From: a virus
Taxonomy: Duplodnaviria > Heunggongvirae > Uroviricota > Caudoviricetes
Reading direction: 5' to 3' (one strand)
IMG/VR virus record: IMGVR_UViG_3300032167_000002
Coordinates: 152,286 to 216,285 of that record
Length of the DNA: 64,000 bases
Within the stretch, counting starts at the first letter, position 1, and the number at the start of each line of letters is the position of its first letter. Shown in pieces: positions 41,280 to 50,929 of this stretch. Both the position numbers and the translations under genes were made by a program. Below the pieces are notes generated by a model. The model saw only the letters and a program-made list of their open reading frames with translations. It was not told the DNA's origin and ran no database searches.

Positions 41280-42170
41280 TCAGCATTTTTTGCCATAATC
41301 AGTCTCCATATCCCACAGAGCCATATAAGGACTCTTATCCAAATCCCACTCGTCAGCGTAAGTACACTGGTCATTCCACCGATTCCAGATGCTATCCAAA
41401 TCTTCATAATCCATATAGAACTGTTGAACATGAGGCCGCTCAATCCGGTCTGCATGGAAATGACCGAAAAGCCATACGTTCCAATCGAAAGTATCCTTAA
41501 CCTGGTTCATCCACCATTCCATAGAGGTATCTACAGTAGTCTGGTCAATGCAACCAAGAAAGAGGTCAGTAGGCTCCCAATCAAAGGGACAGGTATGAGT
41601 GAGCACAAGGTCAAACTTCTTGCCAACATTACTCTCCTGGATGGCAGTCATTTCCTCTTGGGTTAGACACTCATCTTTAAACCAGCCGCATTTCTTAGGG
41701 TCTGCAATAGCCCCATCAGTCGCAGAGTATCCGGCCCGAATGAGCCGCCAATACTTATCAACAGAATAAGCTCCGCCGATGACTAGAGTAGGATGACCGT
41801 CGATGACATAATTGCCACCATCGGCAAAATACCGAATATTGGGAAATTCTTCTTCCATCCAAGTCATATTACCAACTTGGAAATCGTTTTCAAGGTGCAT
41901 TCCGGGGATAAGTTCGGGCCGCTGTTCATGATTGCCCCGAACGCAGTAAATCTTAACACCCATATTGTTAAGCATTTTCTTATGCTTCTTGTCAGTTTTG
42001 TTCAGATAGAAGTTTAGACCAGCGTCACCTAGAATGATGACTCCGAGTTCACCATCTTCAAAACCGGGGTTATTCCGTTTAATATTGCTAATCCGAGTGA
42101 TGGTGCTGACTCCACCGTGAGTATCACCAGTGATAATCCACTTTTTAATCATCATCATTCTCCTTTCCAC
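41280..42170 (-). CDS. Calcineurin-like metallophosphoesterase (paralog 4)
   Basis: ITGDTHGG...ILGDAGLNFY...GNHE motifs. Confidence 0.65.
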   Translation of the reverse strand: MERRMMMIKKWIITGDTHGGVSTITRISNIKRNNPGFEDGELGVIILGDAGLNFYLNKTDKKHKKMLNNMGVKIYCVRGNHEQRPELIPGMHLENDFQVGNMTWMEEEFPNIRYFADGGNYVIDGHPTLVIGGAYSVDKYWRLIRAGYSATDGAIADPKKCGWFKDECLTQEEMTAIQESNVGKKFDLVLTHTCPFDWEPTDLFLGCIDQTTVDTSMEWWMNQVKDTFDWNVWLFGHFHADRIERPHVQQFYMDYEDLDSIWNRWNDQCTYADEWDLDKSPYMALWDMETDYGKKC

Positions 42171-42180
42171 TTTTCTATAT

Positions 42181-42211
42181 ATATTATAACATATTTTTTT
42201 ATAAAAATCAA
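42181..42211 (-). promoter_or_regulatory. Stereotyped sigma-70 promoter
   Basis: Same motif, placed after the terminator at 42215-42237 (AGGGAGCCTTATTCAGGCTCCCT). Confidence 0.6.
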
Positions 42212-42222
42212 AAAAGGGAGCC

Positions 42223-42648
42223 TTATTCAGGCTCCCTTCTCATATTACTTAAATCTTCAAACCAACCGCCATGTGGGTATTTTTCAGTTGCAGGTTGGTG
42301 CGCCCATCGTATGCCACCAGGCACAGGCTCATCATACATATCAATTTTTGGAAAATCTGGGTCAGGCTCTACATTTACAGGCGGAACATAAGGAGTCATA
42401 TCTCCATCTTTTAAGAATTGGATAGGACTTCTTGTTCCATCTTTCTTGATTGCCCAATAGGTTTGTGCTAGTTGAGTTTCTCTGCGAATTCGTTCCGTTT
42501 CTTCTGCTACACGAGTGCGCTCAGCACTTACATAACACTGAAGGGCCTGCCGCACAAGGCAATCACCGGTTTCGTCCGCAAAAGCACAGGACCTCCCCTA
42601 ACACTCTACAAACTGAGAGTGTTCCCAACTTTTTAATGGACACTTCAT
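42223..42648 (-). CDS. Hypothetical protein with an in-frame TAG at 42598-42600
   Basis: The ATG at 42648 overlaps the upstream TGA (ATGA). MKCPLKSWEHSQFVEC[TAG]GRSCAFADETGDCLVRQALQCY... runs in the same frame as the track ORF 42223..42555. Confidence 0.5.
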
Positions 42649-43532
42649 ACTTTTAGCTCCTTTTCTACAGAAATACGCATGATGTTGTAAGAAACGTCCT
42701 CCAAAAGCTCACGAACCCAAGCTTCTTCTTGGTCAGGGTGAGCCGCGCAGAACTCATCTGCGATTTCAACAACATGGTCTAAGATTTCTTTCGCAAGCAC
42801 TCGAGCTTCCTCAAGAGAGTACACGCTCAGCATTTTGAAATCCATCATTCTGGGTCTACGGCTGCTAGTAGGGATTAAGCAATCCTTGTAAGCCTCACCA
42901 GCGATATATCTCTCCAAGTAGTCATCTACTCTATCCAAATGAGATACTTGCTTACCATCATAGCCATATTTGTCGATGATATCAACTTTTGCGGGGTATC
43001 TATGTTCCATTGCGTGATATTTCTCCATCGCAATACCCTTCATAGATTTAACCGCACGATGGACGTTCATACGAGCGATGAATTCACGGGCCGCAACTAG
43101 TCGGTCCCACTGTTCCCTATACATCGGGTTGATGATATAGAAATCAGTAAACAGAATCTCAAGGAAGTTGAGGTTCTGTTTGCGGAAAGTTTCCATATAC
43201 AGACGGATATCTTTCCAGTCAGTATGCTCATCATTTGCTCGGACATGAGTAGTAGAAACGGGTTTCTTGTTCAAGCAAATGTCCTTGAAACTCGGAACTA
43301 CAATCAATTTGGTATCAACGTCAGAACCCTCATAGTCCAGCTCATAATTCTGACTACCCTGTAAGAACACACCTACGATTTGCTCTTCTGGAAAATACTG
43401 AAGTGCTTCATCATAGTGGTCTTGTACTCGCTTCATAATAAGGGCCGCACGGATTTCTTTAGGACTTGCGATATAAGTTTTTGCAGCCAAATCCGCGAAT
43501 GCTTTTTCAATTTCAGGATAATCTTTGGTCAT
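42645..43532 (-). CDS. Pol-beta-superfamily nucleotidyltransferase domain protein
   Basis: GSQNYELDYEGSDVD fits the NTase GS...D.D motif. Confidence 0.45.
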   Translation of the reverse strand: MTKDYPEIEKAFADLAAKTYIASPKEIRAALIMKRVQDHYDEALQYFPEEQIVGVFLQGSQNYELDYEGSDVDTKLIVVPSFKDICLNKKPVSTTHVRANDEHTDWKDIRLYMETFRKQNLNFLEILFTDFYIINPMYREQWDRLVAAREFIARMNVHRAVKSMKGIAMEKYHAMEHRYPAKVDIIDKYGYDGKQVSHLDRVDDYLERYIAGEAYKDCLIPTSSRRPRMMDFKMLSVYSLEEARVLAKEILDHVVEIADEFCAAHPDQEEAWVRELLEDVSYNIMRISVEKELKV

Positions 43533-43550
43533 TGCGACCCCCTCCTTTCT

Positions 43551-43883
43551 TTAATCATCAATATCGGAACGATATAGTTCCAAATCTCCATAATATCCAG
43601 AGTAAAAGAGCGTAATTTCAAATGAACAAATGGGGCTTTCAAACTTCATCCAGGTATCCTGTTGCCAGCCATTTTCATCCATATCATAACGCTCCCAGTG
43701 CATTTCTTCTAAATAGTCAACGACTTTAGCAGGAGAAATATACGAACCATGGAGCCAATCTCGTAGGTTAATTTTTTCTTCTTTATTCTGTGCGAGCCTA
43801 TCAATCGCATAGTTAAGGATAACTAAATTCGTAGAATGTTCCAGCTCCGCATAAAGTTCTTTATATGATTTGGGAGTTTCCAT
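43551..43883 (-). CDS. Hypothetical protein
   Basis: 110-aa track ORF. Confidence 0.3.
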   Translation of the reverse strand: METPKSYKELYAELEHSTNLVILNYAIDRLAQNKEEKINLRDWLHGSYISPAKVVDYLEEMHWERYDMDENGWQQDTWMKFESPICSFEITLFYSGYYGDLELYRSDIDD

Positions 43884-44239
43884 TACCTATATCTCCTTTC
43901 CAGAGCTTCAAGAATTTCAATGGCAGCTTCGCACAGGTCAATGTAGCTTAGTCCACGGAATGCAGTGTTAGGACAGTTATTAGAAGTTTCTCTTGCAAAA
44001 ATTTCTTCTACAAGCTCACACAGATAGCCAGCTTTATCACCATCATGGTCATAAACCTGGCTTAAAAGACGAGAAGTTATAGATTTAATTTCCCAATCCA
44101 AACCCAGCTCACCAAATCCCCACAGCTTACCTTGGACAGTAATCCAAGTTTTAGCCGCTTCATCGTCGGCACAAATATTATAATAAGTACAGGGCTTTTT
44201 GCCCGCACGCCAAATTTCAAAAGCATATTGCTTAGGCAT
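43883..44239 (-). CDS. Hypothetical protein (start trimmed to MPKQYAFEIW with SD GGGGAG)
   Basis: Track ORF 43883..44287 with an internal SD-linked ATG. Confidence 0.3.
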   Translation of the reverse strand: MPKQYAFEIWRAGKKPCTYYNICADDEAAKTWITVQGKLWGFGELGLDWEIKSITSRLLSQVYDHDGDKAGYLCELVEEIFARETSNNCPNTAFRGLSYIDLCEAAIEILEALERRYR

Positions 44240-44513
44240 TAGGTTCTCCCCATCCTTCCTCAAAATCTTCTTTGAGTACATACTCAACTAATACTTTATT
44301 ATCTCCACAAAGCATAGTCTGTAAAATGACAACATCTTTAACACAGTATCTATTAATGAATAGCTTAGGCTCATCATCAAATAGAGAACTATTAGCATCA
44401 AGATTGCGGATAATCATTTTGCTCTTGGGGTGGGATTTGCGGAGCGTACCGCTGACCGCATTTACATGATAGTTAAAATGGCTACCGCCAACATGAACAT
44501 TTGTATTAAGCAT
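44232..44513 (-). CDS. Hypothetical protein
   Basis: 93-aa track ORF. Confidence 0.3.
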   Translation of the reverse strand: MLNTNVHVGGSHFNYHVNAVSGTLRKSHPKSKMIIRNLDANSSLFDDEPKLFINRYCVKDVVILQTMLCGDNKVLVEYVLKEDFEEGWGEPNA

Positions 44514-44811
44514 CAGTTGTTTCCTCCACCCATTGATTATATTTATCTAACATTAGTTGCCAATAATTGGCTCTTTTCGTTAACGTTTGCCGAACGATTT
44601 CAACAGCTCGCTTCTTAGCAGCTTCAAAATCTTCAGCATTAATATGAACTTTAATATCGGTAAAGCCTCTATCATACCACCAAACAGTGTATCTATTTTC
44701 ACCAATTTTGGCGACAGAAATTTCACATTTATTCCTATTAGTAGGTTTGCCCCAAATGGCAGACCAACATTCAAAGCCTTCGGGTCGATAGTCATGATAT
44801 TCCCATTTCAT
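44506..44811 (-). CDS. Hypothetical protein
   Basis: 101-aa track ORF. Confidence 0.3.
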   Translation of the reverse strand: MKWEYHDYRPEGFECWSAIWGKPTNRNKCEISVAKIGENRYTVWWYDRGFTDIKVHINAEDFEAAKKRAVEIVRQTLTKRANYWQLMLDKYNQWVEETTDA

Positions 44812-44812
44812 A

Positions 44813-45196
44813 TTACTTTACCTCCGTCCAGCCATTTCGCTGAATAATTGCCTGCATTCTCTGTCTTGCCACAGGATTAGCAGAATGAATACGAATAGGA
44901 ACATTGTGACCAGTAGCTTCCAGCCAGTCCAAGAGCTTATAACCTTCGGGAATACCTTCGCCTAGGTCATTGTCGCAAGAAACTTCTTCGATATTGAAAA
45001 CTGCGAAGCACTTTTCAAACAGCTCTCGCTCCATATAACCCATGATATACTGCTTCCAGAGGAAGTCAGTTTCTTTTTTACAGCGGATAATCTCGCAGAT
45101 GGCGCCATCAACGTCATAAACTCGAATATATCCGGCCGGTGCGGGACGCACATCATCCATCCAAATCTTCATTGAGATTATCCTCCGTTTCTCCAA
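44813..45196 (-). CDS. Hypothetical protein
   Basis: 127-aa track ORF. Confidence 0.3.
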   Translation of the reverse strand: MEKRRIISMKIWMDDVRPAPAGYIRVYDVDGAICEIIRCKKETDFLWKQYIMGYMERELFEKCFAVFNIEEVSCDNDLGEGIPEGYKLLDWLEATGHNVPIRIHSANPVARQRMQAIIQRNGWTEVK

Positions 45197-45274
45197 AATA
45201 ACAGCCGTCTCGGCTTTCTTTCATTTCACAGTCTTCCCAATAGACACATTGAGAACAAATCACAAAGTCTCCCA

Positions 45275-45620
45275 TTATTCCTCCCGAATCTTAAAAGGAC
45301 ACCAATCGGGCACGGGAGGCATTTCGCTATCATACTCAATGTATCCAGTGATTTTGCGAGGTCCATTGGAAGTCTGACAGGCATTACAGTAGTAATCAAA
45401 AGCGAATCCAGCTCTTGGAGTGCGAGTTTCCTTAACACAAGGACATTCGTCGCATCGGCCAACGCCGATTACTACCATTGCGGCAGGCTCGAAAGAATGG
45501 TCGGAACAGTGACCCTTATCGCACTTGTATCCTTCAACATCGCACTTTTTCAGTTTACAATAAATTTTATTGCTATCCTCATAAGGAACACAATGCTTAC
45601 ACAGGACTCCTCTTTTCATA
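45275..45620 (-). CDS. Cys-rich protein (start trimmed; the N-terminus of the track ORF translates the promoter)
   Basis: MKRGVLCKHCVPYED...CDKGHC...CDECPC...CNAC. Confidence 0.35.
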
Positions 45621-45690
45621 ACCATCTTCCTTTCTATTCTTTGTATATATATTATATCATATTTTTTATAAAAAATCAATAAACAAAAAA

Positions 45691-45717
45691 AAGGCAGACT
45701 CATTAAGAGTCTGCCTT
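45691..45717 (-). terminator. Terminator hairpin AAGGCAGACTCATTAAGAGTCTGCCTT
   Basis: Stem-loop followed on the minus strand by T8. Confidence 0.6.
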
Positions 45718-45933
45718 AATATAATTGTCTGCATTAACAATAAAATCAATCATGTCCTTTGCTAAAATTTCTTTTTGTTCTAAAGAAATATCTGGTATTG
45801 GCATAGACAATATAACCTAATAATCTAGAATGTTTTTGCGAGGAGGGTAAAATGATAAAAATCCAAGTGTTACATCTCCATCTAGTGATTCCGCTCGGTA
45901 AATTACTTCTGGATTGTTGTCATATAATAACAT
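45703..45933 (-). CDS. Small hypothetical protein with an in-frame TAG at 45817-19
   Basis: SD AAGGAG before ATG 45933. MLLYDNNPEVIYRAESLDGDVTLGFLSFYPPRKNILDY[TAG]VILSMPIPDISLEQKEILAKDMIDFIVNADNYIKADS. TAA at 45703. Confidence 0.45.
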
Positions 45934-46204
45934 AAAAATTCTCCTTTCCAAGAACTATTATTCCTTTTAATGTTGAAAAATAAAATAATAAAATTGATTA
46001 TATATGCCCATTTACAATTAAAAATTAGTTAGGCCATTTTTAGTTTTGGGTTTTCGGCCCTTTCGACTGAGGCCGGCCGGAGCAGGTCTATTGCTCTTAT
46101 AAATGAGCAAAAAAAAATCCCTCCCGATTTCTCGGAAGGGAAAAGAGACCGATTAGTGAATAACGGCGTAGCGCTCGCTGTTCAGCCTCTCCATCATCAG
46201 GTCA

Positions 46205-46426
46205 TCACTGCTTAGGTTGGCGACTCTTAATGAGATTACTGTTAAAGATACGAGCATTCTCATTATAGGTTTCACATTCTTTGATAAAGGCATCATAACG
46301 AGCCTTTTTACCAGCCTGTGCCTTTTCATACATTTCAGTCATATAATTGACTTTATCCATATTCAAGGCATATTTACCACGAGCAGGCTTAACCAGATAG
46401 CCAAACTCATAAAGTTTATTAAACAT
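46205..46426 (-). CDS. Hypothetical protein
   Basis: 73-aa track ORF. Confidence 0.3.
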   Translation of the reverse strand: MFNKLYEFGYLVKPARGKYALNMDKVNYMTEMYEKAQAGKKARYDAFIKECETYNENARIFNSNLIKSRQPKQ

Positions 46427-46505
46427 ATAACTGCTTGTGGTAGAGTCTTTAGCAGCATTAAACTCAGCTGGAGTAAATACTTTATCAGTGCCGCCGCATT
46501 TTCAA

Positions 46506-47456
46506 TTAGCGGATACACTCATAACGAGGGGAGTCCAGCTTCTCAAACATCAAATCCAGACCAGTCTTGCCGGACATAATCTGCTCGAAGATGGAAGGAG
46601 ACATACCAGACACATAGGAAATGTTGCCAACTCCAATGTCCTCGGCATGGAAGCAACGGGTTGCCTTGTCAACAACCTCATAAGGATACAGGTCCTTGGC
46701 ATTAACCTTGGTAGTAGTATCCTTTGCGAAATCCGCATAAGTCTTAACCTCGGGATTGCGCTTCATACGCTCAATGTCATGACGAGCAAAGGCGTTCTTA
46801 TACTTTAGACCTGCCTTGGAAGGAATCTTGTCGAACTCGATTTCATCCCAACGACCCTCAGACATCAGACGCTCCAGGACGTTGATGCGGGCACGCAGAA
46901 CAGACAGAGTCTTACGATACTGCTTGGGAGTCATACCCATAAAGGCACGAACCTTTGCGGCAGTCTTACGAGTCTTAGCAGAGCTGGTGTTCTCGGAAGG
47001 CATCCACTTACCCAGCAGAGAGGGAGTCTTACACTGGACGTCCAGAGCCAGCTGGTGCTTAACGATGTTCAGAGCCTGGGTCTCCAGAGGAGTACCGATG
47101 AACACGAACAGGTCATCCCAGCGACCGAACTCAGGAACGTGAATCAGGTTGCGCTGCATAGCGTCGGTATTGTAGGAAGCCAGCCACTTGGTCGCAACAC
47201 GGAAGAAACGACGCTCACCCTGGCCACCACGCACGTCACGGATGTAGAACAGACACTTCAGCGCATAGGTAGGATCCTCGGCGAAGGCGTTCTTGAACAG
47301 CAGGATAACATCCTCGTCAGAACGAGTACGGTAGGCCGCACCCATGGCGAAGAGATCCAGCAGAGCATTCATAGTAGACTTGTGGGTAACTGCACCATTC
47401 TCAGTCAGAGTGTAGTTGGTAGCAGTCTTCATTCCATTCAGAAATGCATTACTCAT
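46506..47456 (-). CDS. Hypothetical protein (DUF2828/TROVE-like)
   Basis: 316 aa. The family assignment is from memory only. Confidence 0.35.
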   Translation of the reverse strand: MSNAFLNGMKTATNYTLTENGAVTHKSTMNALLDLFAMGAAYRTRSDEDVILLFKNAFAEDPTYALKCLFYIRDVRGGQGERRFFRVATKWLASYNTDAMQRNLIHVPEFGRWDDLFVFIGTPLETQALNIVKHQLALDVQCKTPSLLGKWMPSENTSSAKTRKTAAKVRAFMGMTPKQYRKTLSVLRARINVLERLMSEGRWDEIEFDKIPSKAGLKYKNAFARHDIERMKRNPEVKTYADFAKDTTTKVNAKDLYPYEVVDKATRCFHAEDIGVGNISYVSGMSPSIFEQIMSGKTGLDLMFEKLDSPRYECIR

Positions 47457-47630
47457 AGCAAATTTCTCCTTTTTCTCATTGTTTCCTCTTGGACAAGAGG
47501 AATTATTTTGTAGGTGATTTCTTTCTCATTTACCTTACATATATATTATATCATATTTTTTTGAAAAAATCAAATATGATAGTTTGAGCGGGACCCAGGC
47601 CATCCGCTCGGACAACCTGGGCGGCCGCGA

Positions 47631-48821
47631 TTAAGTGCCGTGTCGATGATGATGACATTCAGTACAAAGCATTACTCCATTTGCAAGCTCAGTAGTGCCA
47701 CCTTGACGCCAAGACTGAATATGATGAGCATGCATATCAGCCATAGCAAATGACTGCCCGCAATCGGGACAAATACCGTTTTGTCTATTGTAGAGTAATT
47801 TACGCTGACTATCAGTAAATTTACGATGTGTCAGTAACTGCTCATTTTTAGTAATACAATACTCAACGATAGCAGCTTTCGTACAGGTCAATTCCTTAGC
47901 AAGCTTAGCGCTGAATAATTCCTTGAGTAGATCAGCAATTTCGCTGGGATCTAACTCCTCATCTTTGTACTTGTTATATAGCCAGCCCCATTCAACAGTT
48001 TTAAAGCCGTCATCATAATATTCAAAATTGGCTTTAGTCCATGCAACTACTTCATTGAAATAATTCCACAAATCAGAAGCATCTGCATCATTCATATGCT
48101 GTTCCATGTACGCGCAAATTGCTTCATCACTCTTATCATTGACTCGCCAATAGATTACTTGCTCCAAAAGCTCTTGTCGGTTTGCATCTTTTTTACTGTA
48201 TTTCTTAAACAAAACCTCTGCAGGGCAGGAACCATTTTTACTTGCTCGACTAAAATATCTCTTAGCGTCTGTTAGCCACACGCTAGTGTGATTGGCATTG
48301 CGGATTTCTTGTGCAGACAATTGTGCACCAGCGATATTGATACGATTAAACCAATCTAACCGCTCTCTCTTGGTGCCTTTGCACAGATAAACCTCAATTT
48401 CATAATCAAGCAATGCTTCAGCTAAATCTGGATCATACTGTTCAAGGATGTCAAAATATGTTTCTTTGCCATTTCTCAACCAGTTTGCTTTAAAACTGGT
48501 CTGAGTTGTATCACCAGAAATAAAATCACACAAACTGATAGTTCTTTGCTGACCATCGAGACAATCATAAGTACCATCTTCGTTATCTACCCAATACATA
48601 ATGCTGAGAGGGAGATTTGCCAATGCAGTATCAATTACTGCATTGGCCTGTTCACGGTTATATACGAAAGAACGCTGGAATTCTGGACGGACACACAATT
48701 TACCGCCATAGGCATAAACGCCACGCTCTTCATTGGTATCGGAATTATTTACATAGCCGGCGCACAAATCACGCACTTTAACAAAAATGCGTTCAGTTTT
48801 CATATTATTCCGCTGAAACAT
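47631..48821 (-). CDS. DUF262 (ParB-like DGQQR) plus HNH nuclease fusion (GmrSD-like)
   Basis: N-terminal ...YDCLDGQQRTISL.... C-terminal HNH CPDCG...HAHHI...CTECHHHRH. Confidence 0.65.
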   Translation of the reverse strand: MFQRNNMKTERIFVKVRDLCAGYVNNSDTNEERGVYAYGGKLCVRPEFQRSFVYNREQANAVIDTALANLPLSIMYWVDNEDGTYDCLDGQQRTISLCDFISGDTTQTSFKANWLRNGKETYFDILEQYDPDLAEALLDYEIEVYLCKGTKRERLDWFNRINIAGAQLSAQEIRNANHTSVWLTDAKRYFSRASKNGSCPAEVLFKKYSKKDANRQELLEQVIYWRVNDKSDEAICAYMEQHMNDADASDLWNYFNEVVAWTKANFEYYDDGFKTVEWGWLYNKYKDEELDPSEIADLLKELFSAKLAKELTCTKAAIVEYCITKNEQLLTHRKFTDSQRKLLYNRQNGICPDCGQSFAMADMHAHHIQSWRQGGTTELANGVMLCTECHHHRHGT

Positions 48822-48835
48822 ATGTAGATCTCCTT

Positions 48836-50059
48836 TTAAGACTTTTTATGTCGGATCAAGATTCTAAAATATTTAGTCTGCCCATCAACAGTAGGACCGT
48901 TCCAAGTTTTAGTTTTACCAGTCTTACTATCTTGATAAGTGGTAGGAGTACCACAGATTAAACCATGCTCATAATCTGGATGAGCATATCCATTGAAACC
49001 TCCAACCAGTTCAAACTGATCAGGATTATATTTATCAATAAAGGAAATAGGAACACCCATTTCTCCATCGTAATTCATTGGAATATCTACAACACGATCC
49101 ACATTAATCGCGTCATAATTATCGTATTTAGGATGAATGGCGGGATCATAAGTTTTAGTAAGGATCAATTCTTCCTCTCTCTTAGAGGTGGGTAGATTGG
49201 TAAACCAACCAATATTACCGAAAGATTTAATAGATCCATCGGGTTGGATAAACTTATGAACTGCATTGTAGCCAGGCCAAATTTCATTTCGCCAAATACG
49301 GGTAAAAATTTCCTTATAGGTATAAGCATTTTTACTGCCAATAATAAGGAACTGCTTGTTGTGAGTGAGAATTGTATCAATGAATTCTCTAAACATAGAG
49401 AAAGGAGGATTGGTGCAAACAATATCGCACTCTTCCAAAATAGCAATGCACTCAGGACTGCGGAAATCACCATTTCCAGTCAAATCCTCTTGCAAAGCAT
49501 CGCTATCATCAATGGCGCCGTCGCCAGTGGTATCAGCATCAATCCAAATCTTATATGCCTTGCCATTCTCATCATAATGAGTGGCAATTAGTTTCTTTAG
49601 ACCAAAAGCATCAAACCGGTTAACAAAGAAAGACCAGAATTCGCTCTTTTTCTCAGCTGGATCATCACAAGGTAGATATACAACCTTATTATAGAAATAC
49701 TTACGATATTTCATAACCTCAGCTTCGATATCTTCATAGCGAGTATAAAATTCATCATTTTTTACTCTTTTTGCGGTACGTAGATTGGAATTATCGCATC
49801 CTTTGGAATTCTCTTCTTCCTCAAGGATTTTCATCAAATCCAAGAAATCATCTACGACTTCATAGCGCACCGGAGAGCCTCCCAGTCGGTTGAGGTATCC
49901 ATGATTTACAACGCCAGTTAATGTGGCAGGAGCAATTTTTACTCCGCAGGCATCACTCAACTCTTTTGCAGAAAAAGAAGTGAGTAAACAGTGCTGTTTA
50001 ATGTGTGTTAGTGCAGACCGTCCATTTTCAGTAAGTCCCATAATTAAACATCCTTTCAA
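48836..50059 (-). CDS. N6-adenine methyltransferase-like protein (NPPF motif)
   Basis: VCTNPPFS catalytic motif IV. 407 aa. Adjacent to the DUF262-HNH gene. Confidence 0.55.
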   Translation of the reverse strand: MKGCLIMGLTENGRSALTHIKQHCLLTSFSAKELSDACGVKIAPATLTGVVNHGYLNRLGGSPVRYEVVDDFLDLMKILEEEENSKGCDNSNLRTAKRVKNDEFYTRYEDIEAEVMKYRKYFYNKVVYLPCDDPAEKKSEFWSFFVNRFDAFGLKKLIATHYDENGKAYKIWIDADTTGDGAIDDSDALQEDLTGNGDFRSPECIAILEECDIVCTNPPFSMFREFIDTILTHNKQFLIIGSKNAYTYKEIFTRIWRNEIWPGYNAVHKFIQPDGSIKSFGNIGWFTNLPTSKREEELILTKTYDPAIHPKYDNYDAINVDRVVDIPMNYDGEMGVPISFIDKYNPDQFELVGGFNGYAHPDYEHGLICGTPTTYQDSKTGKTKTWNGPTVDGQTKYFRILIRHKKS

Positions 50060-50093
50060 TTTTTATAGTATATTTATAACCTGCTAAGCAGAA

Positions 50094-50339
50094 TTATATA
50101 CGATTATTTACATATCGGTCATACTCAGCATACCATTTATAAAATAGTTTGCGAGCGCTCCACCAAGAGAGTCCATCATCCCACTCAATAGGATCGGACA
50201 CTTGGGAGCCATGCGTGTCGCAAGGCCATACTTCAACAACCCAACCACGATCTGATTTTATCATCAAAACACCGTACAACTTGGGGCCATCTTTGCCCCA
50301 TCCATAGGTCACATATTTGATTTTATAGCCTTTAAACAT
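50094..50339 (-). CDS. Hypothetical protein
   Basis: 81-aa track ORF. Confidence 0.3.
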   Translation of the reverse strand: MFKGYKIKYVTYGWGKDGPKLYGVLMIKSDRGWVVEVWPCDTHGSQVSDPIEWDDGLSWWSARKLFYKWYAEYDRYVNNRI

Positions 50340-50362
50340 ACATCATACCTCATTGTTAAATT

Positions 50363-50448
50363 TGGAGTCAGCGGTGAGATTCGAACTCACGCCATTGAAG
50401 GCACGCGGTTTTGCAGACCGGGGTCTTAAGCCACTTGACTACGCTGAC
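50363..50448 (-). tRNA. Atypical tRNA, anticodon GCA (Cys-like, U73) with a long variable arm
   Basis: Minus-strand GTCAGCG...CCGGT CTGCAAA ACCG...GTGAG TTCGAATC CTCAC CGCTGAC T CCA. 86 nt with a 14-nt variable region. Manual fold. Confidence 0.45.
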
Positions 50449-50450
50449 AT

Positions 50451-50917
50451 TTATTCTTGCCACTCTTCACATTCTATGCCATTAGAGCGGAAATAATTTT
50501 GAATTACAACTCGCTCAGAGCACGGATTATCAGGAGCCTCATGCACAATAAATACTGGAATTGGTTCACCCTCATATCCGACTACTGAACGGACAGCTTC
50601 GCATAAATTGCGTGTACGAGTCATAATATCATTGATTTCCAAAAGACTTAGCTGATGAGCATATGCTTTGAGGAAATTACATTGATCGGGATTCTTATCA
50701 GAACAACTTCCGCAATTAGATACTGCGGTCGCCACCTTACCGGGCGCGAAGTCGGGCGCCCGCAATCCATTGATAACACCATTCTTATCAATGAACCAAT
50801 GTCCTTGGTCTCGATTTTGATGATACCATTTGGGGTCCCATAACGCAGTAGAAATAGGAATCATATTCGGTTTGAAAAATCGTATCTTATAGAAATAAGA
50901 TGTATAAACTTTCATAT
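50451..50917 (-). CDS. Hypothetical protein (start trimmed to MKVYTSYFYK, SD GGAGGA)
   Basis: The track ORF 50451..50984 runs into tRNA-Met, so an internal SD-linked ATG is used. Confidence 0.35.
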
Positions 50918-50929
50918 GCGTCCTCCTCT

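Noticed and set aside
45275-45703. Track ORF N-terminus MSLPFFCLLIFYKKYDIIYIQRIERK
   Set aside because: This part translates the promoter and terminator block (45649-45717) and overlaps the small recoded gene 45703..45933. The start was moved to the downstream M (MKRGVLCKHC).
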